NCBI GenBank assembly: GCA_002811645.1
Contig: PDIP01000063.1
Span: 73,431 to 137,430 of the forward strand
Reading direction: 5' to 3'
Length of the DNA stretch: 64,000 bases
DNA from: Corallochytrium limacisporum Hawaii
Lineage: Eukaryota > Protista > Pluriformea
Below the pieces are notes generated by a model. The model had not been told where the DNA came from and searched no databases. It saw only the letters and a list, made by a program, of their open reading frames with translations. This document shows, piece by piece, positions 11,866-20,126 of the stretch. Position 1 is the stretch's first letter. Every line of letters starts with the position of its first letter. The translations under genes and the position numbers were made by a program.

Positions 11866-12600
11866 CTATGAGTGCGAGAAAGGTGCTGCCGGCGATCGTG
11901 GCCGTTCACAGATGCTGGTGGCATGCAAGTCGTCTGTGTGGGGCATGCTACCCCCGACATGGACTCCAGCTTCGGCTTCCGCAATCTGGATACGCAGCGA
12001 CGCAAGAACGCGGGCGAAGGCGCGGGAACTCTGGTCACTGTCACCCTTGCGGTTTGCCAGCTCGAGTTGAACAGTCTGGAGCTCGCGTTCGAGTATCTCA
12101 TTCTTTTGGCGGAGGGCTTCGTTATCGCGTTCGAGTTTTATGAGGCGCTGCTGCTGCTACTGCGCATAGATGGTCTGTTGCGTACTGGTCTTCACGTCTG
12201 CCACAGCAGCGTTGGTGTCCACAGAAGAGATTGGTTGGTCACTGCGCATGCCGTGGATGAGCTTGGTCAGCTTCTCGATGATTTGCTGCTGCTGGTGATA
12301 CACCGTGCCGCGACTGGCAATGTCCTGTAATTTCTTCACGTAGGCCTGCTGGGCCGCAACTGTGAGAAGCAGTTTCTCATCAGAGAATATGGCGTCACTG
12401 GGAATCTCTATACGAAGCACTTCATTCCACGATGTGGTGGTACCTGGTGCTCCAGCGTTGGTGGCTGCCGTTGCTGGCTTCTTTAACTTCGTGTCCGTTT
12501 CCGATTTCGCGTTGACGAATGCGACCGGTGTGCTGTCAACCTTGGGACTGTAGAGCTGCGCAGCCGTGCGAAGATACACATCAATCAAAGCATTTCCTAG
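11866..12600 (-). pseudogene. CCDC33-like pseudogene with internal deletion and in-frame stop
   Basis: A C2-like segment (LIDVYLRTAAQL..PVAFVNAKS..SWNEVLRIEI..EKLLLTV) is joined directly to a coiled coil (QQAYVKKLQ..QQQQIIEKL). TAG at 12157-12159 lies in a CAG run. The same frame continues as QQQRLIKLERDNEALRQKNEILERE...SSRAFARVLASLRIQIAEAE to a stop at 11866. Confidence 0.6.
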
Positions 12601-13514
12601 TGCACTATCTTTCCACTTCGTTTGTGACCACTGTAACTTTCTTGAAGACATTTTGCTGTCTTCGCGCACTGTGATCTAAACCATTCTCTCTATAGCCATG
12701 ATGTCTAACTTCGTCATATTCCGATCCACCGCCTTGACAACGATTGAGGCATGTACTACATCTATGTAAGATTTTATAATAGCTCATAGTGCTTGGCAGA
12801 CGGGACCAACCCCTGGAGGTGATCTCTCCGAGTTGGCCTGCAGCCACCGGTCTCAAACCTCTCAGATGCAGCTTCCTGCGTGTGCCCAGGGGGTGTGCTG
12901 AGACCCCTCTCGTCACTCTCATTTCGGAGCCCCTCCCCTTTCTAACCCTTCCCTCTGATACCCTTTCACCTCATTCTTGCCCGTGCGTTCGGACGGTCAG
13001 CGGTCCATTTTATACCTTTGCTTTGGGTACCTTGCACCTCCCACTCCTGTTCCCCACGCTCCCGACGTGGATTAGGGGCCTATTTTGTCTTAGTTTCTCT
13101 GTCTTGGCTCCCCCCCCCAAACCCCCCCCCCCCCCCGGGCGGCTCTGTTGGCTTCGCCACTTTTCCTTTTTCCCCGTCGGGACGGGTGCGAAGGGGGGGG
13201 GTTGGGCCAGCCAGGAGGACCCCTCCGTCGCCTGCAGGCAGCCCTCGCGTTCCTTTGGGCCTCGTACTGAGACCGCCCCGCGGGAGAACTTTGAAAATCG
13301 CCCTAGCGGTGGTGGCCCACACTTCCCGCTGACACTGGGGGGAGGGGGAACCAAGAAGGGAACTGAGAGCAAAGCCACATATTTGAAGCGTGAGGCCGAA
13401 CGTAAAGTGCTGGCCGGAAGCCGAGAGACCAGTCCGACCATTTCGCAACGGTCTCGGACGCCTGTCATCGAAAGTGGTGCCTCCATCCCGCTACCACAGC
13501 GCTCAAAAGGTTTG

Positions 13515-16172
13515 ATGCCCCGATCCGCACCTACCACTCCACGGGGATCGCGACAGGCGGCGTTGCTTGCGTCTGCCAATCGCGCCGTTGTGAGACGTAG
13601 TCGAAGCCCGAGTCCAAATAATCAAGGTCTTTCATGGGACGACGCACAGGCAATAGAACGAATTCGGATGCAACTCGAGAGAAACCGTGCATTCTTGGAT
13701 GACCGTTCGAATCGCTTCAGTCGGAGCTGGCACGGTGGGAGCCTTCGTGAAGTCCTGGGTCTGAGACCTCTCTCGCCCTTCGGCGCGGCGAAGAAGGAGC
13801 AACAACCAATGGCAGATCAGCCGCAGCGAGACTTGCAGATTATGCTTCAGGAACCGAATTTTAGTCCCCGATCAATTCTGAAGACCCGAAAGGTGGAGGA
13901 AAAGGACAAGCCAACCGTGGCGCTGTCCGAATCACTGAACTCGGCGTTTAGTTTCACTGGATCGGACGCAGCACCCGCTTTTCGGTTCCGTGCAGGAGGT
14001 TCCCGCTCGCCAAGCCCGACTCGGGTAGCACCCAGACCTAGATCGCCCGCTTCCGCCACCCGTAGTCCCTCACCGGCAGCAAGTTCAAATCGGAATTATA
14101 CGCGACACGGCCGGAATCGCAAGATAGAATCTATATTTGCCTATCTCGACGCCACTGAACATGAACTGAACAGCAGCGAGGCGGTCAGCGGGCTGGATCT
14201 GGGGTTGCCTGACGACAACACTTTGGAAGACTACGATGACCCAATGCGCACCAACAATCTCAACGCGAGCTTCACGAAGACACCACGCACACCTCGGACT
14301 TCAACGCCTTCACCCACGAGGATACAGTCATCGACCGCCACTCCAGTGAAATCTTCCAGTAAGCTGAAACCGAAACCATTGGACACGTCCACATCCGCGG
14401 GATCGTCTCCAGCCAAGACCGACGGCCGGCGATACACACAAACAATAGGCAACAGGGAAAAGCCTTCCGCTGTGCCGCCACCGACGGCGGTTTTGAATTC
14501 CATGTCTCTTGCAAGCGATACCAGTTTCCGCAGCGGTACCACAGCGGATGATGCGGTGCTGGAGGAGGATCCGAGCCGCTTGTCTAAAGCACAGATTGTG
14601 AGCATGCAACTTGAACTCGGGGACAAGCGGAAGATTCTTGGTCTGCTGAGAGACGCATTGAAAAAGGAAAAGAATCTGCGCATCGAGGACGCAGAAATAT
14701 ATCAGAGTAGCGCGCAATCGGCCCTAAAGGAGATGCGGGAAAAATACGAAGATGAGCTCGAGAAGCACCAAAGCTTCATTGATCGTCTCATCAATGACAA
14801 GGCCTCGCTGTCGGAGCAGTGTGAAAAGTTAGTCGCGGATTTGAAGGCTCTCGACACTACACATACAAAGCGCATGCAAACTTTGCAGGACAGACACATC
14901 GTGGAGCTCAAGAAGCAAAAGGAACGCTTTGAGGCAGCTGAAAGGAATCGACGCGAGGCCTGGGTACACGAGAAGACCGCGCAGATCAGAGACCTCACCG
15001 TCAAAGGACTAGAACCAGATATCCAACGTATCGTCGCCCAGCATCGTCAGGAAATCAAGCACTTGCAAGAGCAGCAAGCCCTCCAGCGCGCAAAGTGGCA
15101 GGCTGAGACCGTACAGAGGGTTCAGGAAGCAGCCCAGAACGTACAAGCAGAAGGTGCGCTTGAAGAGCGCCTGATGAAACAGCATGAGGAAAAACTGGCC
15201 GCCGTGAGGACAAAGTACGAAGGCCTGCTGGCTGAAGCCGAGTCGGAACAGATGGCCCTGCGGCGCCGTTTAACCACGAAGTTCGACGAAGAGAAGTGTG
15301 GCCTGCTCGATCAAATAGAACGGCTGCGGAGCATGCGGGAATCGAACACGGATGATTTGGCTTCGAAACATGTTCAACAGCTGCAGAAGCAGAACCAGGT
15401 ACACGCTGACGAGATCCAGGAGCTCAAGCGACGCCATACTGCAGCCCTCCATGAACTCAAGCGTAACATTGAAGTCGAAAGGTCCGAGTATGCCACGGTC
15501 ATTACTCAGCAACTTGAGAGATCGTTTCAGACCCGTGAGGATGAGTTGCGAACTACACTCTGTCGGGAACGCGATCGTGAAATTGACATGGTGATCGCTC
15601 GGATCGAAGAGGAGTTCAGCCAGCAGCAGCTCGAGATGCTCCGCAATCGCGATTCACAATTCAAGCGCGTGTCCGAGGACCTGGAGCATCGGCTGTCCGA
15701 GGCCAAGCGCTCCGAAACAGCAGCGGTACGAATGTATCATGACTCTACAGAGCAAATCTCTAACCTTGAGAACACACTTGTGAAAGCTCAGAACGACGTC
15801 CGGGAGCGTGACGTCCAACTGAGCCGTCTTCGCACTGAACTTAGGTCCCTGAGCGCAACAAAGGAGGAGCTCGATACACGTATCCGTGCGCAGTACGACT
15901 CGCAGCTTACGGCCGTTGAGAAGCGTGCGATGGCTCTTGAGAAAGAGCTGGACGCCGTGAGGCAAGCCGCAGGGAAAGAATTTGAGGATCTCGTCCGGGA
16001 GCGGGACAACCAACTTGACCAGGTCAACGAGCGCGTACGTCAGACAGTGGCACACCGGGACCAGACCTTACACCGTCTGCGCGAAGATCTGGACGCCGAG
16101 AATGTCCGCGTAGCTGAGTATAAACGCCTCCTGGAACAGCAGCGAGCCGAACTACTTGATGTTAGCACTTGA
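13515..16172 (+). CDS. CEP131: Centrosomal protein CEP131/AZI1 homolog
   Basis: Coiled coil with KHQSFIDRLINDKASLSEQCEKLV and REAWVHEKTAQIRDLTVKGLEPDIQRIVAQHRQEI, matching the CEP131 signature. The first in-frame ATG is at 13515; the upstream ORF extension from 12789 is low-complexity promoter-like DNA. Confidence 0.9.
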   Translation: MPRSAPTTPRGSRQAALLASANRAVVRRSRSPSPNNQGLSWDDAQAIERIRMQLERNRAFLDDRSNRFSRSWHGGSLREVLGLRPLSPFGAAKKEQQPMADQPQRDLQIMLQEPNFSPRSILKTRKVEEKDKPTVALSESLNSAFSFTGSDAAPAFRFRAGGSRSPSPTRVAPRPRSPASATRSPSPAASSNRNYTRHGRNRKIESIFAYLDATEHELNSSEAVSGLDLGLPDDNTLEDYDDPMRTNNLNASFTKTPRTPRTSTPSPTRIQSSTATPVKSSSKLKPKPLDTSTSAGSSPAKTDGRRYTQTIGNREKPSAVPPPTAVLNSMSLASDTSFRSGTTADDAVLEEDPSRLSKAQIVSMQLELGDKRKILGLLRDALKKEKNLRIEDAEIYQSSAQSALKEMREKYEDELEKHQSFIDRLINDKASLSEQCEKLVADLKALDTTHTKRMQTLQDRHIVELKKQKERFEAAERNRREAWVHEKTAQIRDLTVKGLEPDIQRIVAQHRQEIKHLQEQQALQRAKWQAETVQRVQEAAQNVQAEGALEERLMKQHEEKLAAVRTKYEGLLAEAESEQMALRRRLTTKFDEEKCGLLDQIERLRSMRESNTDDLASKHVQQLQKQNQVHADEIQELKRRHTAALHELKRNIEVERSEYATVITQQLERSFQTREDELRTTLCRERDREIDMVIARIEEEFSQQQLEMLRNRDSQFKRVSEDLEHRLSEAKRSETAAVRMYHDSTEQISNLENTLVKAQNDVRERDVQLSRLRTELRSLSATKEELDTRIRAQYDSQLTAVEKRAMALEKELDAVRQAAGKEFEDLVRERDNQLDQVNERVRQTVAHRDQTLHRLREDLDAENVRVAEYKRLLEQQRAELLDVST

Positions 16173-16344
16173 TCTATCAATATTTTGTTATCTCTGAAGA
16201 TCACATTATAGACTTACATTGCAATATGGCTACGGCTTTCCCAGTCGGTCCCATTGTCTCCCTCTGTTCCCTGATTCTGTCCCCTGGCGTCTTCCGTCAG
16301 CAAACGGGCAGTTCTAGGCACCATACAAACCCGCCAAAAAGAAG

Positions 16345-16381
16345 AAAAAAAAAAAAAAAAAAGAAAGCGGGTACTCCCGCT
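16345..16381 (-). terminator. Pol III oligo-T terminator of tRNA-Glu, preceded by a short GC hairpin
   Basis: Immediately 3' of the tRNA on the minus strand: AGCGGG-AGTA-CCCGCT followed by TTC and a long T run. Confidence 0.8.
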
Positions 16382-16386
16382 CGACG

Positions 16387-16458
16387 CTCCGCTACCGGGA
16401 ATCGAACCCGGACCGTGTGGGTGAAAGCCACAAATCCTAGCCGTTAGACCATAGCGGA
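16387..16458 (-). tRNA. tRNA-Glu (anticodon TTC), intronless
   Basis: Minus strand reads TCCGCTA-TGGTCTAACGGCTAGGATT-TGTGG-CTTTCAC-CCACA-CGGT-CCGGG-TTCGATT-CCCGG-TAGCGGA-G. It has a 7-bp acceptor stem, anticodon stem-loop, T-loop/B-box and no encoded CCA. Confidence 0.96.
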
Positions 16459-16493
16459 TGGTGAACGCGTCTATACAAGAGTGCTGGGGAAAA

Positions 16494-16507
16494 TAAATAT
16501 ATATATT
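16494..16507 (-). promoter_or_regulatory. Candidate TATA element upstream of tRNA-Glu
   Basis: TATATATATTTAT on the minus strand about 36-48 nt upstream of the mature tRNA 5' end. Confidence 0.45.
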
Positions 16508-16560
16508 GCTTATTGAAATTTATCCCTGCGATATACGGGATGCCACTAAGTTGGGGCTCT

Positions 16561-16996
16561 TTGGTGATTGGCACATTGTATTGCTCCAAAGGCAACTATG
16601 AATTCGGTATCAATCGCATTATGAAGAGCCTCGAGCCATGCAACACAAAATTGAGCGCAGAGACTTGTTTTTACGCGAAACAGGCGTTCCTGTCTCTGAT
16701 CGAAAACATGAACAAACACATGATCATTCTAAAGGACGAAGTTCTCCAAGAGATCTTCATCTTTCTGAATGCCTGTCAGGTATGCGGCTTAAAGGACACG
16801 TGCAACACACAACTGGACACAGACGGTGGAGTGGCCAAAGATGAGAGTGCTGTCGTCGAAATTGCCAAGCCGAGGCCCGGTGCTATGAGCACGTCGGCTG
16901 CAATCGGCACCGGAAAGAGCACAATTGCCGATCCTTCGTCCAACAATGTCGCCTTCGAAGCGCGCATGACTTAATTAGTCCTTTACATGATTGTAT
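16561..16996 (+). pseudogene. TTC30: IFT70/TTC30 (fleer) C-terminal fragment, 5'-truncated, with premature stop
   Basis: LVIGTLYCSKGNYEFGINRIMKSLEP..KL..ET.FYAK..FLSLIENM.KHMIILKD and NNVAFEARM match the TTC30 C-terminus. There is no room for the upstream TPR region because the tRNA and CEP131 lie there. TAA at 16972 falls inside the terminal helix. Confidence 0.85.
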
Positions 16997-17994
16997 GTAA
17001 TGTAATTGCTCTTCACTTCGACTCAATGGTCACGGGGAAGACCGCATCCATAAGAGCGGAGACGACGGAGTTCCGCCTCAGTGTTGCCTCTTGATCCTCC
17101 TTGTCCTCGTCGTGACTCTCTTCACTGTCCACACTGTAAACGTTGTGCGGCTTCTTCGCGATGCACCCATTTCCGAATGAGGCATTTCTCTATGTAGTTG
17201 AGGCCAGTCTCAAGAGGATTTCATGTCTTCATCGAAAGGGTCACCTTTACTTTCCAGCCGTGTCGATCCTATCATGTCACCCGAATTTCATTCATATCTC
17301 ACTTACCGTCATTCCAGAAACTGTCTGAACGAAAAAAGCGCAATTCGTACCGATCAGACCCGATTCACCGTCCCTTGCCGGTCATTCTTAGATAGCCACT
17401 GTCCCGAAGCTTGCGTCGTGTCTACGGCTTCTCGCCCCGCTCTCTCTCTCTCTGTCTCTCTGCGGGTCGCTTGCACCCAGACCCGAAGTGGAGTCCTGAC
17501 GACCCTCCCCCCAAATGGAAAATGCGACTCCCAATTGGGCGAACCCAACGGTTGTTGCCCACCCCTTCCCACACAGGGGCCTAATATTTTTTATTGGATT
17601 AGCGGGAAGTCGCATTGTACCACCGGCCCAACATTGGGTGGGTAAAATGGGAAAGCCGTTTCTGGAAGCGGAGGAGCCCATCAGGGGGAGAGAGGGGAGA
17701 GTCTCTCGCCATGACGGTGCGGTACCACCGTACTGTACTGTGGTGTCCCAAAAGGAAGAAGATAAAAATTGGGCCATTGCGTTTCCCGTATGCGTGTGGT
17801 GTTTATGGGGGTACTTTGGGGCTGGTGATCTCATGCCAATGTTTCTGAAAATTTTTGGTTCTTTGTATGCATAGACGCAGGTCAAGATAGATGGATCAGT
17901 AAATATGTAGTGCCGTTTCTGTTCGCTTATGAAATCATGAAAACTATTACGTAGGGAGGAGCTCGACAATAACCAAACTAGCTGCCATTTGAGC

Positions 17995-19821
17995 ATGGGT
18001 AAGTGTTCAACCTGTGGGGCCACATTCAAGTGGATCAGTGGTAAGAAGGAGACCACGTGTGGTAACTGCAACAAAATTGTGTGCACAGACTGCTGCCGGC
18101 ATGTGTCACCTGTCAATCGCAAGTCGAAGGTCTGCGGTGGGTGCTGGAGGGACTTGGAAGCCTCGCTGAGGCGGGATCGGCAAAAGCCTAAACCCCTAAT
18201 CCGGGGTATGGACGAGGACTATGATGTTCCCCGCACTCTGCGCAACACCCGCCCAGGGTCACCGATGAGGCGGACGACGAGCTCTAGTCCTGGACCGCCG
18301 GTCAGGACCGTACCGGCTCCGCCGGGAATGCGTGCTCCTGAGCCAAAAAATGGCGAGACGGATTACAGATTGCCTCGGACCTTGCGCGAGCACAAACGGA
18401 CCTTCAGCAACGAGCCAGTATCACCCGGGAGCACAAGTGAAAGCAGGGGTCTATCACCCAGGAGCACAAGTGAAAGTAGGGGTCTATCACCCAGGAGCAC
18501 AGGTGAGAGCAGGGGTCGTCCAGTATCTCCACTGCAGACCCAGCAGCGGCGCGAAGACATCGACTACTCTGTGCCACGAACCTTGCGGGAACTTGGATAC
18601 ACATCGACTGGAACAGGTCACATGCGCAGCGGTAGCAGCGACTATGTGCAAATCTCACCCAGGGTAGAAAATACTAGTAGGGATCGTTCTCCGTCTTCGT
18701 CGCAGATGCAAGTGCAGTGCCAACCTTCGAGGCCCGCGAGAAAGAACGAAATTGACTACGATATTCCACGGACAATGCGCAACATGGGCATGACCCGCGA
18801 AGAATACGACCGACTCAAGGGCCGGAACACGGTGACGAGAAAAGCTGAAGCTTCCATAACTCCGCCACCGCCGTACTCTGAACAAGACCCTGCGCTAGCT
18901 CCGGCAAGGCTCCCACCGGCAACGCAGCCTCTACCAGAAGTGCCACAGGACGACCCAGCCAAGGCTGAGGAGCAGCGACGCCTGAATCCAAAGGAAGAGG
19001 ATCTGACCTCCCGTCTTCAGTCTCTGCTGGGACGGACACCGACTCATGCACAGAAGCCCGATGCTGCGATTACTGCCGCCGCCGCCGCGACCGAGTCATC
19101 GACGTCAGTGGGACTCGGCCATTTCAACGCCGAGGAAGCAATGGCGGACTTTAAGCGCGCCAAAGATTACGTCGCGAGCGGCCGGTTCGACACCAGAAGG
19201 GATGGATTTGATGATGTGCACGGGGAAGGGAGCGAAATAGCAGAGGGCAGTGGTATCGTTGACGATGATGAAGTTGAAATGCTCATGCGTCAGGCTCAGG
19301 AGGAGGCACGCCTGGATGCGGAGACGGCCGAAAGCGATGCCACCCGCGACGCGCGACTGCATCATCGACTTGCAGAGCTCAAGAAGCACTCTGGTCTTGG
19401 ATCGCCGGATTGCAAGGTATCGAAAAGTGCAAACGATGGCAGCGATGGAGATGCCGGTGTACCGCCATCAGATACGCAGGGGGACAGTAGTGCGAAGAAG
19501 GGATGGCCTCGTCAGAACACGTCGAGCAATGACGATGATGAGGGTGACAATGAGAGTGAGGCTGAGGCCGAGGATCTATACATGGTTCCCACGGCATTTA
19601 AGAAGCAGCGGAAGAATGCGGGACCCAAGACTCCCTCCTCCCGAGATATTGATGACACTGAACCGTGCGCTTTCTGCGGTAAGTTTGCCGACTACGTCTG
19701 TCCGCAGTGTTCGGGAGATCTCTATTGTAAGAAGTGCTGGACCTTCCTCCACAAGGAAGGGTCAGACGACATGAGATCGCACCGCCGCGTGCCTTACGCT
19801 CCAGAACCCCTCGATCATTAG
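17995..19821 (+). CDS. ZFYVE19/ANCHR-like protein with N-terminal FYVE-type finger and C-terminal B-box
   Basis: N-terminal CSTC..F..K..CGNC.KIVC.DC..KVC.GC and C-terminal CAFC..A...CPQCSGDLYC..C...H......H. This is the FYVE + B-box architecture of ANCHR. Confidence 0.8.
   Translation: MGKCSTCGATFKWISGKKETTCGNCNKIVCTDCCRHVSPVNRKSKVCGGCWRDLEASLRRDRQKPKPLIRGMDEDYDVPRTLRNTRPGSPMRRTTSSSPGPPVRTVPAPPGMRAPEPKNGETDYRLPRTLREHKRTFSNEPVSPGSTSESRGLSPRSTSESRGLSPRSTGESRGRPVSPLQTQQRREDIDYSVPRTLRELGYTSTGTGHMRSGSSDYVQISPRVENTSRDRSPSSSQMQVQCQPSRPARKNEIDYDIPRTMRNMGMTREEYDRLKGRNTVTRKAEASITPPPPYSEQDPALAPARLPPATQPLPEVPQDDPAKAEEQRRLNPKEEDLTSRLQSLLGRTPTHAQKPDAAITAAAAATESSTSVGLGHFNAEEAMADFKRAKDYVASGRFDTRRDGFDDVHGEGSEIAEGSGIVDDDEVEMLMRQAQEEARLDAETAESDATRDARLHHRLAELKKHSGLGSPDCKVSKSANDGSDGDAGVPPSDTQGDSSAKKGWPRQNTSSNDDDEGDNESEAEAEDLYMVPTAFKKQRKNAGPKTPSSRDIDDTEPCAFCGKFADYVCPQCSGDLYCKKCWTFLHKEGSDDMRSHRRVPYAPEPLDH
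18421..18519 (+). repeat. Coding tandem repeat, 3 x 33 bp (SP[G/R]ST[S/G]ESRG[L/R])
   Basis: Three near-identical copies of tcacccRggagcacaRgtgaRagYaggggtc. Confidence 0.95.
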
Positions 19822-20126
19822 AAGTGTGTTGGTATTGTACTGGATGCTCTGCAAGGAATACGTACCCAATAATGGAACGTGATATCATGATAGCTTTTTA
19901 TAGTAAATGTATAGATGAATCAAATTTTACAATCGTTTGGTCTCTGCATGCTTATGGTGATCATAATGAGGATCCTCCATGAGTGTGACGGTTGATTCAA
20001 CAACGAACCGTTTTACAATGGTACAAAGTGATTGAAAATGTGTGAATGTCGATGGTAAATCCTCATGTCATGTGTGTGGCGTGTTGGGTTTCATGTTTGT
20101 GGTTTCAGTAATCAGACACGGAATTT

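Noticed and set aside
12157-12159. TAG inside a Gln run as evidence for TAG=Gln recoding or readthrough
   Set aside because: No intact gene needs an internal TAG, and the ANCHR-like gene ends at TAG right after its B-box. A C>T change in a pseudogene is simpler.
12789-13514. 242-aa N-terminal extension of CEP131
   Set aside because: Non-ATG start, crosses poly-C/poly-G tracts, and has promoter-like composition.
18421-18519. CRISPR-like array
   Set aside because: Contiguous in-frame coding repeat with no spacers, in a eukaryotic context with no cas genes.
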